A stretch of 55,065 bases of DNA. Origin: a virus (lineage: Duplodnaviria; Caudoviricetes). The notes beneath the pieces were generated by a model that had not been told where the DNA came from, made no database searches, and saw only the letters and a program-made list of their open reading frames with translations. Of the stretch, positions 26,882 through 34,603 are shown piece after piece (position 1 is the first letter of the stretch; the number at the start of each line of letters is the position of its first letter). A program made the position numbers and the translations under genes. Location of the stretch: IMG/VR virus record IMGVR_UViG_3300031957_000171, positions 1-55,065 of that record; one strand, written 5' to 3'.

Positions 26882-28509
26882 TCTTCATTCTCCGCAAAAG
26901 GATTATCAATCTGGGTCATCCTACCAGTATCTTTATCATAATGCAAGTAGCAAGCAACACCAGTATCACCAGTGTACCTGTTCTTTAAGATACGTATGGT
27001 GGTGGTGTTGGCTGCTTGCTCATCGTCTGCCTGTTGGTTACGCTCCAGTGCAATCACTGCGTCAGATAGATGTGCAATGCTGGCCGACCCACGAAGGTGG
27101 GACAAGGATACCTCACGGCCATCCTCATGCCCACGATCACCACTTGGCCGACGTAGGTGGCTCACAAGCAGCAAGCCTATGTTTGTTTCTTCAACTAGAG
27201 AACGTAGCTTAGTCATTAGAATATCAATTGACTTGCGTTCATCACCGTTGTCTTCCTGACCCGATACCAAGATAGATAGGTGATCAAGGATAATCCATTT
27301 AGTTCCTAATGCCTTTGCCATGTAACGAACACGGCCTAAGATTTCATCGTTACTGATAGAACCAAAGTGATCAAAGGCAAAGAACCTCTTGCTACCTATA
27401 GTTTTATCTTGCCACTCACGTAGTTGTTCTTTGGTATATTGATCACGTACTTCTTTGATATAGAGCCTAGCATTGGCCTCCACTGACATGATATTAAAGG
27501 CTGTGTTACGTATGCTTTCTTCCATTGCCAAGATACCAATGTTATCTTTGGTATTCATAAGTAGGTGGTGCATTAGCTCACGCATGATACTGGACTTACC
27601 CATACCTGCACCACTGGTGAACGTCACTAGCTCACCCGTCCTCATGCCATAGGTCTTCTCATTCATCTGTGACCAAGGGTAGAGACAAGTCTCGCAGTAG
27701 CTCTCATCGTACAGACTATCCCCTAGATCATGCAGGTTGACAATCCCAGCAGGGGTGAAGGACTTAGCACCCCACCATGCAGTCATGAAGTCTTCTGACT
27801 TACCCACCTTGAGATATTCGTTGGCATCCTTCAAGTCTAGGTTCATGATCTTACATTTGTTAGGCTCAAAGATTTCAGCTACATCTGCGGCTGCTTGCTT
27901 ACCAGCCTTGTCGTTGTCAAAGCATAAGACTACCTGCTCAAACTGATTTAGGTACTCAAAGGATTGCTTACAATTAGATACCGCTGAAGCTGCACCATTC
28001 TTCAGGGAAACGACAGGCCACTTAGACCCCATCATTTGATAGGCAGACATAGCATCTACCTCACCCTCACAAACGGTAATGAACTTACCCTTCTGTGTGA
28101 ACACATTCTGACCAAAGAGGCCAGCACTGGTCATCTGTCCTTCAGACCAGAACTTTTTGTTGGCTGTGTCACGTACCTTATTACAGATATGATTACCATT
28201 CGTATCAAAGTACTGATAGACATGGTGGGTTGTCATGGACCCCTTCTTTTTTGTGAGGGTGCCGTACTTCTTGGCTGTATCTCTAAGTATTTTACGATCT
28301 GAGATATCATTATACTCAGCCATCTTGCTGGATGTTAGTTCAGTAGCCTGTTGTATTGGTAGTTTAGTAGCCATGGTCGTGACTTCCTTTGAGTGTTGAT
28401 AAGTTTTACAGCTAAAGCAGTAGGTGTGTCCATCGTTGTAGTGATGGTTGGCGTCAGAAGAATCACACTTGGGACACGGCCCCTTTCTTCCTTGTTCTTC
28501 GGGCTGCAT
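26878..28509 (-). CDS. DNA primase-helicase (T7 gp4-like)
   Basis: Zn finger CPKC...CFSC, TOPRIM EGE.D/FDND, Walker A GAGMGKS, ILDH, LRGS, KNR.TG. Confidence 0.95.
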   Translation of the reverse strand: MQPEEQGRKGPCPKCDSSDANHHYNDGHTYCFSCKTYQHSKEVTTMATKLPIQQATELTSSKMAEYNDISDRKILRDTAKKYGTLTKKKGSMTTHHVYQYFDTNGNHICNKVRDTANKKFWSEGQMTSAGLFGQNVFTQKGKFITVCEGEVDAMSAYQMMGSKWPVVSLKNGAASAVSNCKQSFEYLNQFEQVVLCFDNDKAGKQAAADVAEIFEPNKCKIMNLDLKDANEYLKVGKSEDFMTAWWGAKSFTPAGIVNLHDLGDSLYDESYCETCLYPWSQMNEKTYGMRTGELVTFTSGAGMGKSSIMRELMHHLLMNTKDNIGILAMEESIRNTAFNIMSVEANARLYIKEVRDQYTKEQLREWQDKTIGSKRFFAFDHFGSISNDEILGRVRYMAKALGTKWIILDHLSILVSGQEDNGDERKSIDILMTKLRSLVEETNIGLLLVSHLRRPSGDRGHEDGREVSLSHLRGSASIAHLSDAVIALERNQQADDEQAANTTTIRILKNRYTGDTGVACYLHYDKDTGRMTQIDNPFAENEE

Positions 28510-28672
28510 TGGAATATCCTTTTGCAATTGAATACGTCTCATGGTCTGATAGTCTCAGCATATAGCACAACCCCTGCCTGTCGTCAAGCTCTTGTTGTGC
28601 TTCACGTCTAGTCCTGTAGCTTTTCAAGATGTTACTCTTGGCGTCTGCACCGCTGTATACTATGTTATACAT
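28463..28672 (-). CDS. Hypothetical protein
   Basis: Likely start MYNIV, overlapping the upstream stop. Confidence 0.4.
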   Translation of the reverse strand: MYNIVYSGADAKSNILKSYRTRREAQQELDDRQGLCYMLRLSDHETYSIAKGYSNAARRTRKKGAVSQV

Positions 28673-28850
28673 CTTCGAAGGTTTCATCCCATAGGTTGCT
28701 GACAAAATCTTCTTTGTCTTCCATGATCTCATTGATCTCAATGTTAGCTAGTTTCCTAGCTTCTTTAATATCATAACCTTCTTCTTTGTACTGGCGAACA
28801 AGTCCTCTCAATAGAGATGACCGTTCCTTCTGCCAAAAATTCTTACTCAT
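28665..28850 (-). CDS. Hypothetical protein
   Basis: ORF tiling; EGY...EA..LA pattern. Confidence 0.55.
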   Translation of the reverse strand: MSKNFWQKERSSLLRGLVRQYKEEGYDIKEARKLANIEINEIMEDKEDFVSNLWDETFEDV

Positions 28851-29013
28851 TATCCATCATATCTTCTAAAAACTTTTCTACTTCTTCCTCGTTTGTAGGT
28901 TCATACCCATTGTCTAACATAGTATACCATAGATCAGCAGGATATCCAAGAGATTTTCTTAAGGACTCTTGTTTCTTTTTCCAGTGAGAGTAAAAGTTAT
29001 GTATCTCTGCCAT
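28843..29013 (-). CDS. Hypothetical protein (56 aa, not in ORF track)
   Basis: MAEIHNFYSHW...; fills the gap with overlaps at both ends. Confidence 0.5.
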   Translation of the reverse strand: MAEIHNFYSHWKKKQESLRKSLGYPADLWYTMLDNGYEPTNEEEVEKFLEDMMDNE

Positions 29014-29206
29014 CACTTAACTCAGCCCATAGCTTATTTGGAGTGCTACCCTGCTTTGCAATAGACAATTCTTTCCTAAGTTGTTTATTAGCATCAGTCA
29101 GCTCTCTTACTTGTGACTTTAGTGTAGCTATATTTTTATGTAGGACAGCCACATACCCATTGTATTCTTCAGTGAACTCTGTCAATTCTAACACATCCTT
29201 CCTCAA
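28997..29206 (-). CDS. Small coiled-coil protein
   Basis: Heptad pattern; start uncertain. Confidence 0.45.
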   Translation of the reverse strand: MRKDVLELTEFTEEYNGYVAVLHKNIATLKSQVRELTDANKQLRKELSIAKQGSTPNKLWAELSDGRDT

Positions 29207-29372
29207 AGACTACACTATCATCAATCCCTAGAGAGTGTAGAAATTTTATAGCTTCTCCTTCAGTATCAAACTTAAGAGGCATTCCAGTAGGTGTTGTTAA
29301 TAGATCAAAGCAATTAAACTCTTTTATGTCTACACATTTTTCATTTAAAATGTCTTGAACTATTATAAACAT
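29169..29372 (-). CDS. Hypothetical protein
   Basis: ORF tiling. Confidence 0.5.
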   Translation of the reverse strand: MFIIVQDILNEKCVDIKEFNCFDLLTTPTGMPLKFDTEGEAIKFLHSLGIDDSVVFEEGCVRIDRVH

Positions 29373-29378
29373 TTTAGT

Positions 29379-29564
29379 TTAAAACTTACGTTTACTAACA
29401 AACTTTTGTAAATCTTTTTCAACCCAACTGATTTCTTTTTCAATTACTGTGCGTGTCTTAATAAGAAACTTTAGCTTCTCTGAAAAATCAAGACGATCAT
29501 AGTCAGCAGTTGCTACCAAAGTAGGAACGCTTGCAACTCTCTTAATCTCTAGTATATTAGACAT
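29379..29564 (-). CDS. Hypothetical protein
   Basis: ORF with GAGG RBS. Confidence 0.5.
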   Translation of the reverse strand: MSNILEIKRVASVPTLVATADYDRLDFSEKLKFLIKTRTVIEKEISWVEKDLQKFVSKRKF

Positions 29565-29973
29565 CTTTACCCTCTACGTTTACTCCAAAAATATCCCCGA
29601 TGGCTTCAGGAAAGAGATCAAATTCTTTAGACATCCCACCTACAATATCTCTTTCAATATCATTGAGTGATAGCTCAGACCAATAAACTTCTAGTGCTTT
29701 AGTATCACGCCTAGCTCTAAACATATGATACTCTCCCGCAGGAACTATTGCTACGTCTTCAGCGTATAGAACTGTAACATCTACTAAGTCATAGTCTTTC
29801 CACCTGTGTATTTCTAACTCACCGTCCTCAACATAGAAAGCATTTATCTTTGACTGGTGGCGATGCTTAGAGCAATGCCCTCCAGCATAAATAAAGATAG
29901 AATGCAATTCTATTTGAGGGCGTTGGATGAGGGGGATCGTTGTCCCCCACACCTTTCCTTCTATTATACTCAT
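29557..29973 (-). CDS. Cupin domain protein (sugar isomerase-like)
   Basis: KVWG, CSKHRH..K, VPAGEYHMF. Confidence 0.75.
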   Translation of the reverse strand: MSIIEGKVWGTTIPLIQRPQIELHSIFIYAGGHCSKHRHQSKINAFYVEDGELEIHRWKDYDLVDVTVLYAEDVAIVPAGEYHMFRARRDTKALEVYWSELSLNDIERDIVGGMSKEFDLFPEAIGDIFGVNVEGKDV

Positions 29974-30137
29974 TAATCTTTACTCATTTCTTCATTCATA
30001 TTTAAGAACCCATTGATATCTACTATACTTACTTCAGCTATACTACTTACAGTATATCCAGAAAATACTAAAGAAGATATAACATACTCTTGTAGTTCTT
30101 CAGGTATATCTTCATGGTTGTAGTAATTAAAGTACAT
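29973..30137 (-). CDS. Hypothetical protein (54 aa, not in ORF track)
   Basis: AGGAG RBS, downstream of predicted promoter, stop coupled to cupin start. Confidence 0.5.
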   Translation of the reverse strand: MYFNYYNHEDIPEELQEYVISSLVFSGYTVSSIAEVSIVDINGFLNMNEEMSKD

Positions 30138-30159
30138 AACTTACTATCTCCTTTTCTAC

Positions 30160-30188
30160 ATTATATCACATGTATAATCACAATGCAA
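30160..30188 (-). promoter_or_regulatory. Sigma70-like promoter
   Basis: TTGCAT-N17-TATAAT with TGn. Confidence 0.6.
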
Positions 30189-30194
30189 CTATAA

Positions 30195-31133
30195 TTATGC
30201 AGCCTCCAACTCTAACCAAGCAGGTGATACTAACATTTTCTTTACAGCATCTTCACGAAACACCCTTTTGTTGTGATCACCAGCCTTTTTAGCGGCGAGG
30301 TGGATGACGCTGGAGGTATGAGTGGACCACCCAGTAGCAGCTTGATAGGCTGTCCATAGTGATCCCTTCATTTGTGTACCATACTTCTCATACAATCCCT
30401 TGCCATGTACGTGACGGTTCTCATTGTCAAAAGTTTTCATAAGATTAGATAGCACAACTTTATTTGGTACATTCTTACGCTTAATATTATTAATCTTCTT
30501 GGCTAATGTATTACTAAATAATGATATAGCATCATCTCTACTAAGCTCAGTATTGTACCATCCCTTCATCTTTGTCAGCCCCTCACCAGAGACATACTCA
30601 GATGCTGCCCTGATCTTGGCACCAAATGACGTAACATTGAAGCCCTTGGTGTGCCTACCGTACACATAGGCCAGCTTATCACCACTGACTAAGGTGTTGA
30701 AACAGAATGTCCTGAAGAGGCCCATCATACCGTTGTTTGCCCATGTCCTGTTATGGCTGGTGCGGAAGACAAACTGTGGCACCACTGGACCTAATCCATC
30801 TATGTCCTTTGCATGGGCAGGGAACTTGGCAATCAACTCCATCCTTGCACCGCTGTCGTAGGTGTTGGTAGTAAATTCAGCATCAGTCAGGTCCAGCCCC
30901 GCTAGGTTGAGTGCCTCTTCGATCTGATCTACAATAGTAAGATACTGCGTAGGCTCATAGCTATCTGATACAATAGCCAGTGGCTCCATAGTATCTACAC
31001 GACGCAGACCTACACCAATGTCGTTTGGAATATCATAAATGCCCATACCTGCTGGACTGTGGGCTGGTATGTCTTGAGCTAGGGTAAATTTCTCTACTTG
31101 AAAGTTTAGTTTATCATGGTCAAACATATTCAT
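30195..31133 (-). CDS. DUF932-like protein
   Basis: VSD.Y, SH......FR..C.N, SLWTAYQA.T.W.TH. Confidence 0.75.
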   Translation of the reverse strand: MNMFDHDKLNFQVEKFTLAQDIPAHSPAGMGIYDIPNDIGVGLRRVDTMEPLAIVSDSYEPTQYLTIVDQIEEALNLAGLDLTDAEFTTNTYDSGARMELIAKFPAHAKDIDGLGPVVPQFVFRTSHNRTWANNGMMGLFRTFCFNTLVSGDKLAYVYGRHTKGFNVTSFGAKIRAASEYVSGEGLTKMKGWYNTELSRDDAISLFSNTLAKKINNIKRKNVPNKVVLSNLMKTFDNENRHVHGKGLYEKYGTQMKGSLWTAYQAATGWSTHTSSVIHLAAKKAGDHNKRVFREDAVKKMLVSPAWLELEAA

Positions 31134-31294
31134 TCTCCTGTTTCTAGGGTAATAGGTGCATCATTGTCATGGAAGCATGTGAGTTTAAGTTTCTCTCCAT
31201 CAGATGTTGTTACTTCTACATTTATTATTCCAAATGTTTCCATGTCTGTTTTAGATATAACAATAGAACTTACGCTGTACATTGTACTTCTCAT
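31130..31294 (-). CDS. Hypothetical protein (54 aa, not in ORF track)
   Basis: AAGGA RBS, ATGA overlap with DUF932 gene. Confidence 0.45.
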   Translation of the reverse strand: MRSTMYSVSSIVISKTDMETFGIINVEVTTSDGEKLKLTCFHDNDAPITLETGE

Positions 31295-31314
31295 TGTATT
31301 CGTCCTTATATCTT

Positions 31315-31367
31315 CTAATTAAAGTAACTTAGTATCGTAAGATACTCTACTAAGTAACTTAAATTAG
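31315..31367 (-). repeat. Early-region hairpin element 1
   Basis: acttagta-tcgtaagatactc-tactaagt. Confidence 0.8.
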
Positions 31368-31574
31368 TAGTAATTCCTCAGTTGTTTTAAGCTGGCTCAT
31401 GGCTATATCAAAAGCTGTATCTGGGCCTAGCTCATACCTTGTTGCTGTTAAAATAAAAGGTCGTTCTTCATTATCTACATACGTACTTACTGACCTTAAA
31501 GTTTTTTTATTCCACATGATTTTAATTTCATGTCCTCTTATTTCTTTTTCTACAAAAGTTATTCTATCAGTCAT
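31359..31574 (-). CDS. Early hypothetical protein
   Basis: GGAG RBS, ATGA overlap. Confidence 0.5.
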   Translation of the reverse strand: MTDRITFVEKEIRGHEIKIMWNKKTLRSVSTYVDNEERPFILTATRYELGPDTAFDIAMSQLKTTEELLLI

Positions 31575-31783
31575 CGGTCATCTCCATCTTTCAGTGTTAT
31601 ACTAATAGTATTGAAGAAATCATCTTCAACTTCTTCAACTGTATCATAATGATAGTTGGATTCATACCACTGTACTTCACCTACACCCTCACATTCATTG
31701 CACATATCAGGTTTTGTAGTATACCCATATAATTCACCTTGTCCAGCACAATATTCACATTCTTGAACAATAACCCACGTCAT
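31571..31783 (-). CDS. Small DnaJ-type zinc-finger protein
   Basis: Two CxxCxGxG motifs. Confidence 0.65.
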   Translation of the reverse strand: MTWVIVQECEYCAGQGELYGYTTKPDMCNECEGVGEVQWYESNYHYDTVEEVEDDFFNTISITLKDGDDR

Positions 31784-31801
31784 CTTATTACCTCTCTTTC
31801 C

Positions 31802-32113
31802 TTATCTTAGTGCTGCAATTAATCTAGCCTTAACCTTTTGTTTGTATGGTACTCTCTCAATCTTTTCATTGAAAGCCAATGACTTATCATAATAATTATT
31901 TATTCTTTGAGGATAAACATATTCTCTATTGTTTGGTATACACATACCAGCCCTTTTCTTAATACCTATTACAGCATTCTTTGTAAGTAAAGTTTTTAAT
32001 TTACCCCTACATAATCTATTGGCTTCAACTGCTACTTGATTTGCAGTCAAATTCTTTTTAAAAAGATCCAGAACTATTTGTTTTGTCTCTTGTTTGTGCG
32101 GTACTATAAACAT
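31802..32113 (-). CDS. GcrA-like HTH regulator
   Basis: LTANQVA...TKNAVIG...R.G matches the GcrA N-terminal HTH pattern. Confidence 0.55.
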   Translation of the reverse strand: MFIVPHKQETKQIVLDLFKKNLTANQVAVEANRLCRGKLKTLLTKNAVIGIKKRAGMCIPNNREYVYPQRINNYYDKSLAFNEKIERVPYKQKVKARLIAALR

Positions 32114-32128
32114 TATCCAACTCTTTCA

Positions 32129-32734
32129 CTATACAGTCTCATTGTTTAAATCTCCCATTAAGTACGTTACATGGCAACGTGATACATGCTCACCATCATC
32201 ATATCTTTTAGGATATAAGTCAGCAATAAAATTGCACCAGCTATCCCATAGGTATTCACAGCCACCTAAATCTTCTAATGTTTTCAAGCACAACTCAGCT
32301 TTTCTTAAAGCTGTATCATAGCCTAGTTTCTTTGGTAGTTTGAATGTATTAGGTGAAAGTCCAAATCTTTTTAAGTTGTGAACGTCTAAACATCCAGCCT
32401 CACCTATACATAGTTGTAATATAAATCCAGCTTTAGGTAAACCTATACCATCAATAGCGGCTACATTTAATAGTTTAACTGCTAAAGGCATGGTCTTATC
32501 GTGGATAGTTTTATACAGTTCAGCCTTATGCTTAGTAGCATATGTTATGGTATCAGCCTTACTACCCCAAGCGTATTTACTTTCAATACCTTCACTTTTC
32601 ATAGAGTTAAATACAGTAGGCACTGTGTAAAATCTTTGTTGAATAGTAGAAGATACAAACAGTATCACCTCTCGTGTATGGTCAGGACTTTGCAAAGCAA
32701 AGGCTGCTATTCTTTTTTGATGGTTGCCAAACAT
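32129..32734 (-). CDS. HhH-GPD superfamily DNA glycosylase/lyase-like protein
   Basis: IDGIGLPKAGF HhH followed by CLDVH. Confidence 0.55.
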   Translation of the reverse strand: MFGNHQKRIAAFALQSPDHTREVILFVSSTIQQRFYTVPTVFNSMKSEGIESKYAWGSKADTITYATKHKAELYKTIHDKTMPLAVKLLNVAAIDGIGLPKAGFILQLCIGEAGCLDVHNLKRFGLSPNTFKLPKKLGYDTALRKAELCLKTLEDLGGCEYLWDSWCNFIADLYPKRYDDGEHVSRCHVTYLMGDLNNETV

Positions 32735-32746
32735 ATTCTAATTCCT

Positions 32747-32800
32747 TTAATTAACGCCCCGTAGTATCGTAAAAACTCTACTACGGGGCTTATTAATTAA
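32747..32800 (-). repeat. Early-region hairpin element 2
   Basis: gccccgtagta-tcgtaaaaactc-tactacggggc. Confidence 0.85.
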
Positions 32801-32985
32801 CTTTTAATACTAAACACTGGGTTAGCTGTCTCACCAAACCTGTTAGCATTAAAAACTTTCATGTATAGGCTACGCTTTCTGAAGTGAATGCCTAAGAAAC
32901 TTTTCCCAAGGCTAAAGCCATACCTGTTTTGTACTAGACGTGCCTTAGTTGATTTACCTAGTCCGGTTTTGTTAATAAGTTGCAT
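32797..32985 (-). CDS. Early basic hypothetical protein
   Basis: ORF coupled to upstream stop. Confidence 0.5.
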   Translation of the reverse strand: MQLINKTGLGKSTKARLVQNRYGFSLGKSFLGIHFRKRSLYMKVFNANRFGETANPVFSIKS

Positions 32986-33197
32986 TAGTTTGCCCTCTGT
33001 GATGTTGCGGTGCCTTCAGGTAAGGCATCAGCGTTCTTAATGACTTTGAAAAACTCGTTACCGTTCTTTGCCAAGCCACGTATTCTGATAGCGTTGCCAG
33101 CCTCTACAGCAGCCTTGAATAGGCTGTTATCACCCTTTTCCTTTTGTTTTATTTCTACCCATTTCTTATCTTGGTAAACGTCAAATGCTTTAGACAT
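32985..33197 (-). CDS. Early hypothetical protein
   Basis: GAGG RBS. Confidence 0.55.
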   Translation of the reverse strand: MSKAFDVYQDKKWVEIKQKEKGDNSLFKAAVEAGNAIRIRGLAKNGNEFFKVIKNADALPEGTATSQRAN

Positions 33198-33260
33198 GTG
33201 TAACCTCTTTGGTCGTTGTATGCTGCTACACCCTAGCAGCGTGGGCTAGATAATTCATAC

Positions 33261-33311
33261 CTAATAGATACCCTTTAGTATCACTATGTTCTACTAAAGG
33301 GCATCAATTAG
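33261..33311 (-). repeat. Early-region hairpin element 3
   Basis: ccctttagta-tcactatgttc-tactaaaggg. Confidence 0.85.
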
Positions 33312-33326
33312 CCATCAATTTTATTC

Positions 33327-33545
33327 TCATGTTATCCAATCCAATGCGCCATTGAGATACTGATTCATCTCTTTACCTGACATGCGTGGTGTTGCATGGT
33401 GTGAACCTTTATAGTTTACCAAACAATAACCTCCATAGCATTCAGCATAATCTAAATTCACATAAGAAGATTCATGCAACTTCAACTTAGCATTAAGTTG
33501 ATCTAATTTAGCCTGTAAAGTTTTCTTTGTGATACGATTAGTCAT
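33327..33545 (-). CDS. Early hypothetical protein
   Basis: AAGGA RBS; YGGY motif. Confidence 0.55.
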   Translation of the reverse strand: MTNRITKKTLQAKLDQLNAKLKLHESSYVNLDYAECYGGYCLVNYKGSHHATPRMSGKEMNQYLNGALDWIT

Positions 33546-33549
33546 GTTA

Positions 33550-33741
33550 TTATCCTTTGTAAGATGTAATGTAGTCTAGGCAAGCTATGCAAGCTGTTAT
33601 GATAACAGCACCTATAACAATAAGCAATGTTGATATATAAATATCAAAGGGCAATAGAATGCCGCTGACTATTAAGAATAGTGCTACTAACATTCCGAAT
33701 ACCGTAACTGCTAATAGAATAGTATTTCTAACAAGTGTCAT
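33550..33741 (-). CDS. Early two-TM membrane protein
   Basis: Two hydrophobic helices; AAGG RBS. Confidence 0.55.
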   Translation of the reverse strand: MTLVRNTILLAVTVFGMLVALFLIVSGILLPFDIYISTLLIVIGAVIITACIACLDYITSYKG

Positions 33742-33755
33742 GTCAATTACCTTTC

Positions 33756-33807
33756 TTAATTAACGCCCTGTAGTATCACTATGTTCTACTACAGGGCTAA
33801 TAATTAA
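33756..33807 (-). repeat. Early-region hairpin element 4
   Basis: gccctgtagta-tcactatgttc-tactacagggc. Confidence 0.85.
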
Positions 33808-33977
33808 CTTCCAAAAACCTGATATCTTACTTCGTCGCAATCGTCATGAGTTGACACGTAAAAACCTTTTTGGGTGTACAAGTCAACTCCAGTTCCTCCT
33901 GTGGAGGGATAAGCAATCAGCCCATCAGTTGCCATATCAAGCTCTGCTTGGAGGTAGGTTATGTCGTTGATCTTCAT
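33804..33977 (-). CDS. First early gene (57 aa, not in ORF track)
   Basis: GGAG RBS; MKINDITYLQAELDM... Confidence 0.5.
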   Translation of the reverse strand: MKINDITYLQAELDMATDGLIAYPSTGGTGVDLYTQKGFYVSTHDDCDEVRYQVFGS

Positions 33978-34013
33978 GGTAAAACTCCGTTGGTTGAGGT
34001 TGGTAGTTATAAT

Positions 34014-34064
34014 CTAATTAATCTCTTTAGTATCGTAAGATACTCTACTAAAGATATTAATTAG
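34014..34064 (-). repeat. Early-region hairpin element 5
   Basis: tctttagta-tcgtaagatactc-tactaaaga. Confidence 0.85.
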
Positions 34065-34292
34065 TATATCGTCTCTGCTTTGTCAAGCCTCTCGTCAAAA
34101 TGCTTTGCATTTCGTCACGGCACCTTTGGTGCTTGACATGGTGCAATGTGTTGGATTGTGTAACAATCACAACGACTTAGCATGGTTTGCCAAGAGTTTA
34201 CGTAGTAAGCCAATCTGCCATACCATCCCTCTTCGGGATGATTTACGTAGTAACTGTGACAAATTTGCAACAGTTTGGCTGAAGTTTCCTTA

Positions 34293-34343
34293 CTAACTCT
34301 TTGTAAAGTCTTCGTAAGAACTTAGACTTTACTACAGAGTTAG
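34293..34343 (-). repeat. Early-region hairpin element 6 (divergent)
   Basis: gtaaagtct-tcgtaagaactt-agactttac. Confidence 0.7.
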
Positions 34344-34567
34344 ATAGGGACTCCTACGGAGTCCTATGTGACACATCGTCGCACTATGTAGTGGGGGTAG
34401 GGGGAAAAACGCACCCGCATGTATATATATATATAACACCTATGACATATATTTAGAAAATAACTCGGACTTCTAATCAAAATAAAAATGGCTGCGGCTG
34501 TAAAGTACGATCTGCGCCTATTAAGTTACTTTAATATATATTATTTATATTTATTTTAACTTTATAG

Positions 34568-34596
34568 TTGTACTATAGAATTATATAGTGTATAAT
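34568..34596 (+). promoter_or_regulatory. Sigma70-like promoter for terL (probably leaderless)
   Basis: TTGTAC-N17-TATAAT, ATG 7 nt downstream, no SD. Confidence 0.6.
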
Positions 34597-34603
34597 AGTA
34601 ACT

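Larger units (their letters stand above)
34065..34603. other. Divergent non-coding region; candidate physical genome end / origin
   Basis: Strand switch point, no credible ORF, TTGACA at 34081-34086 (-), hairpins, (TA)n run, very AT-rich 3' part. Confidence 0.5.

Noticed and set aside
31315-34343. CRISPR-like array or intrinsic terminators
   Set aside because: Spacing is irregular with genes in between, the repeats vary in sequence, and U tracts are absent.
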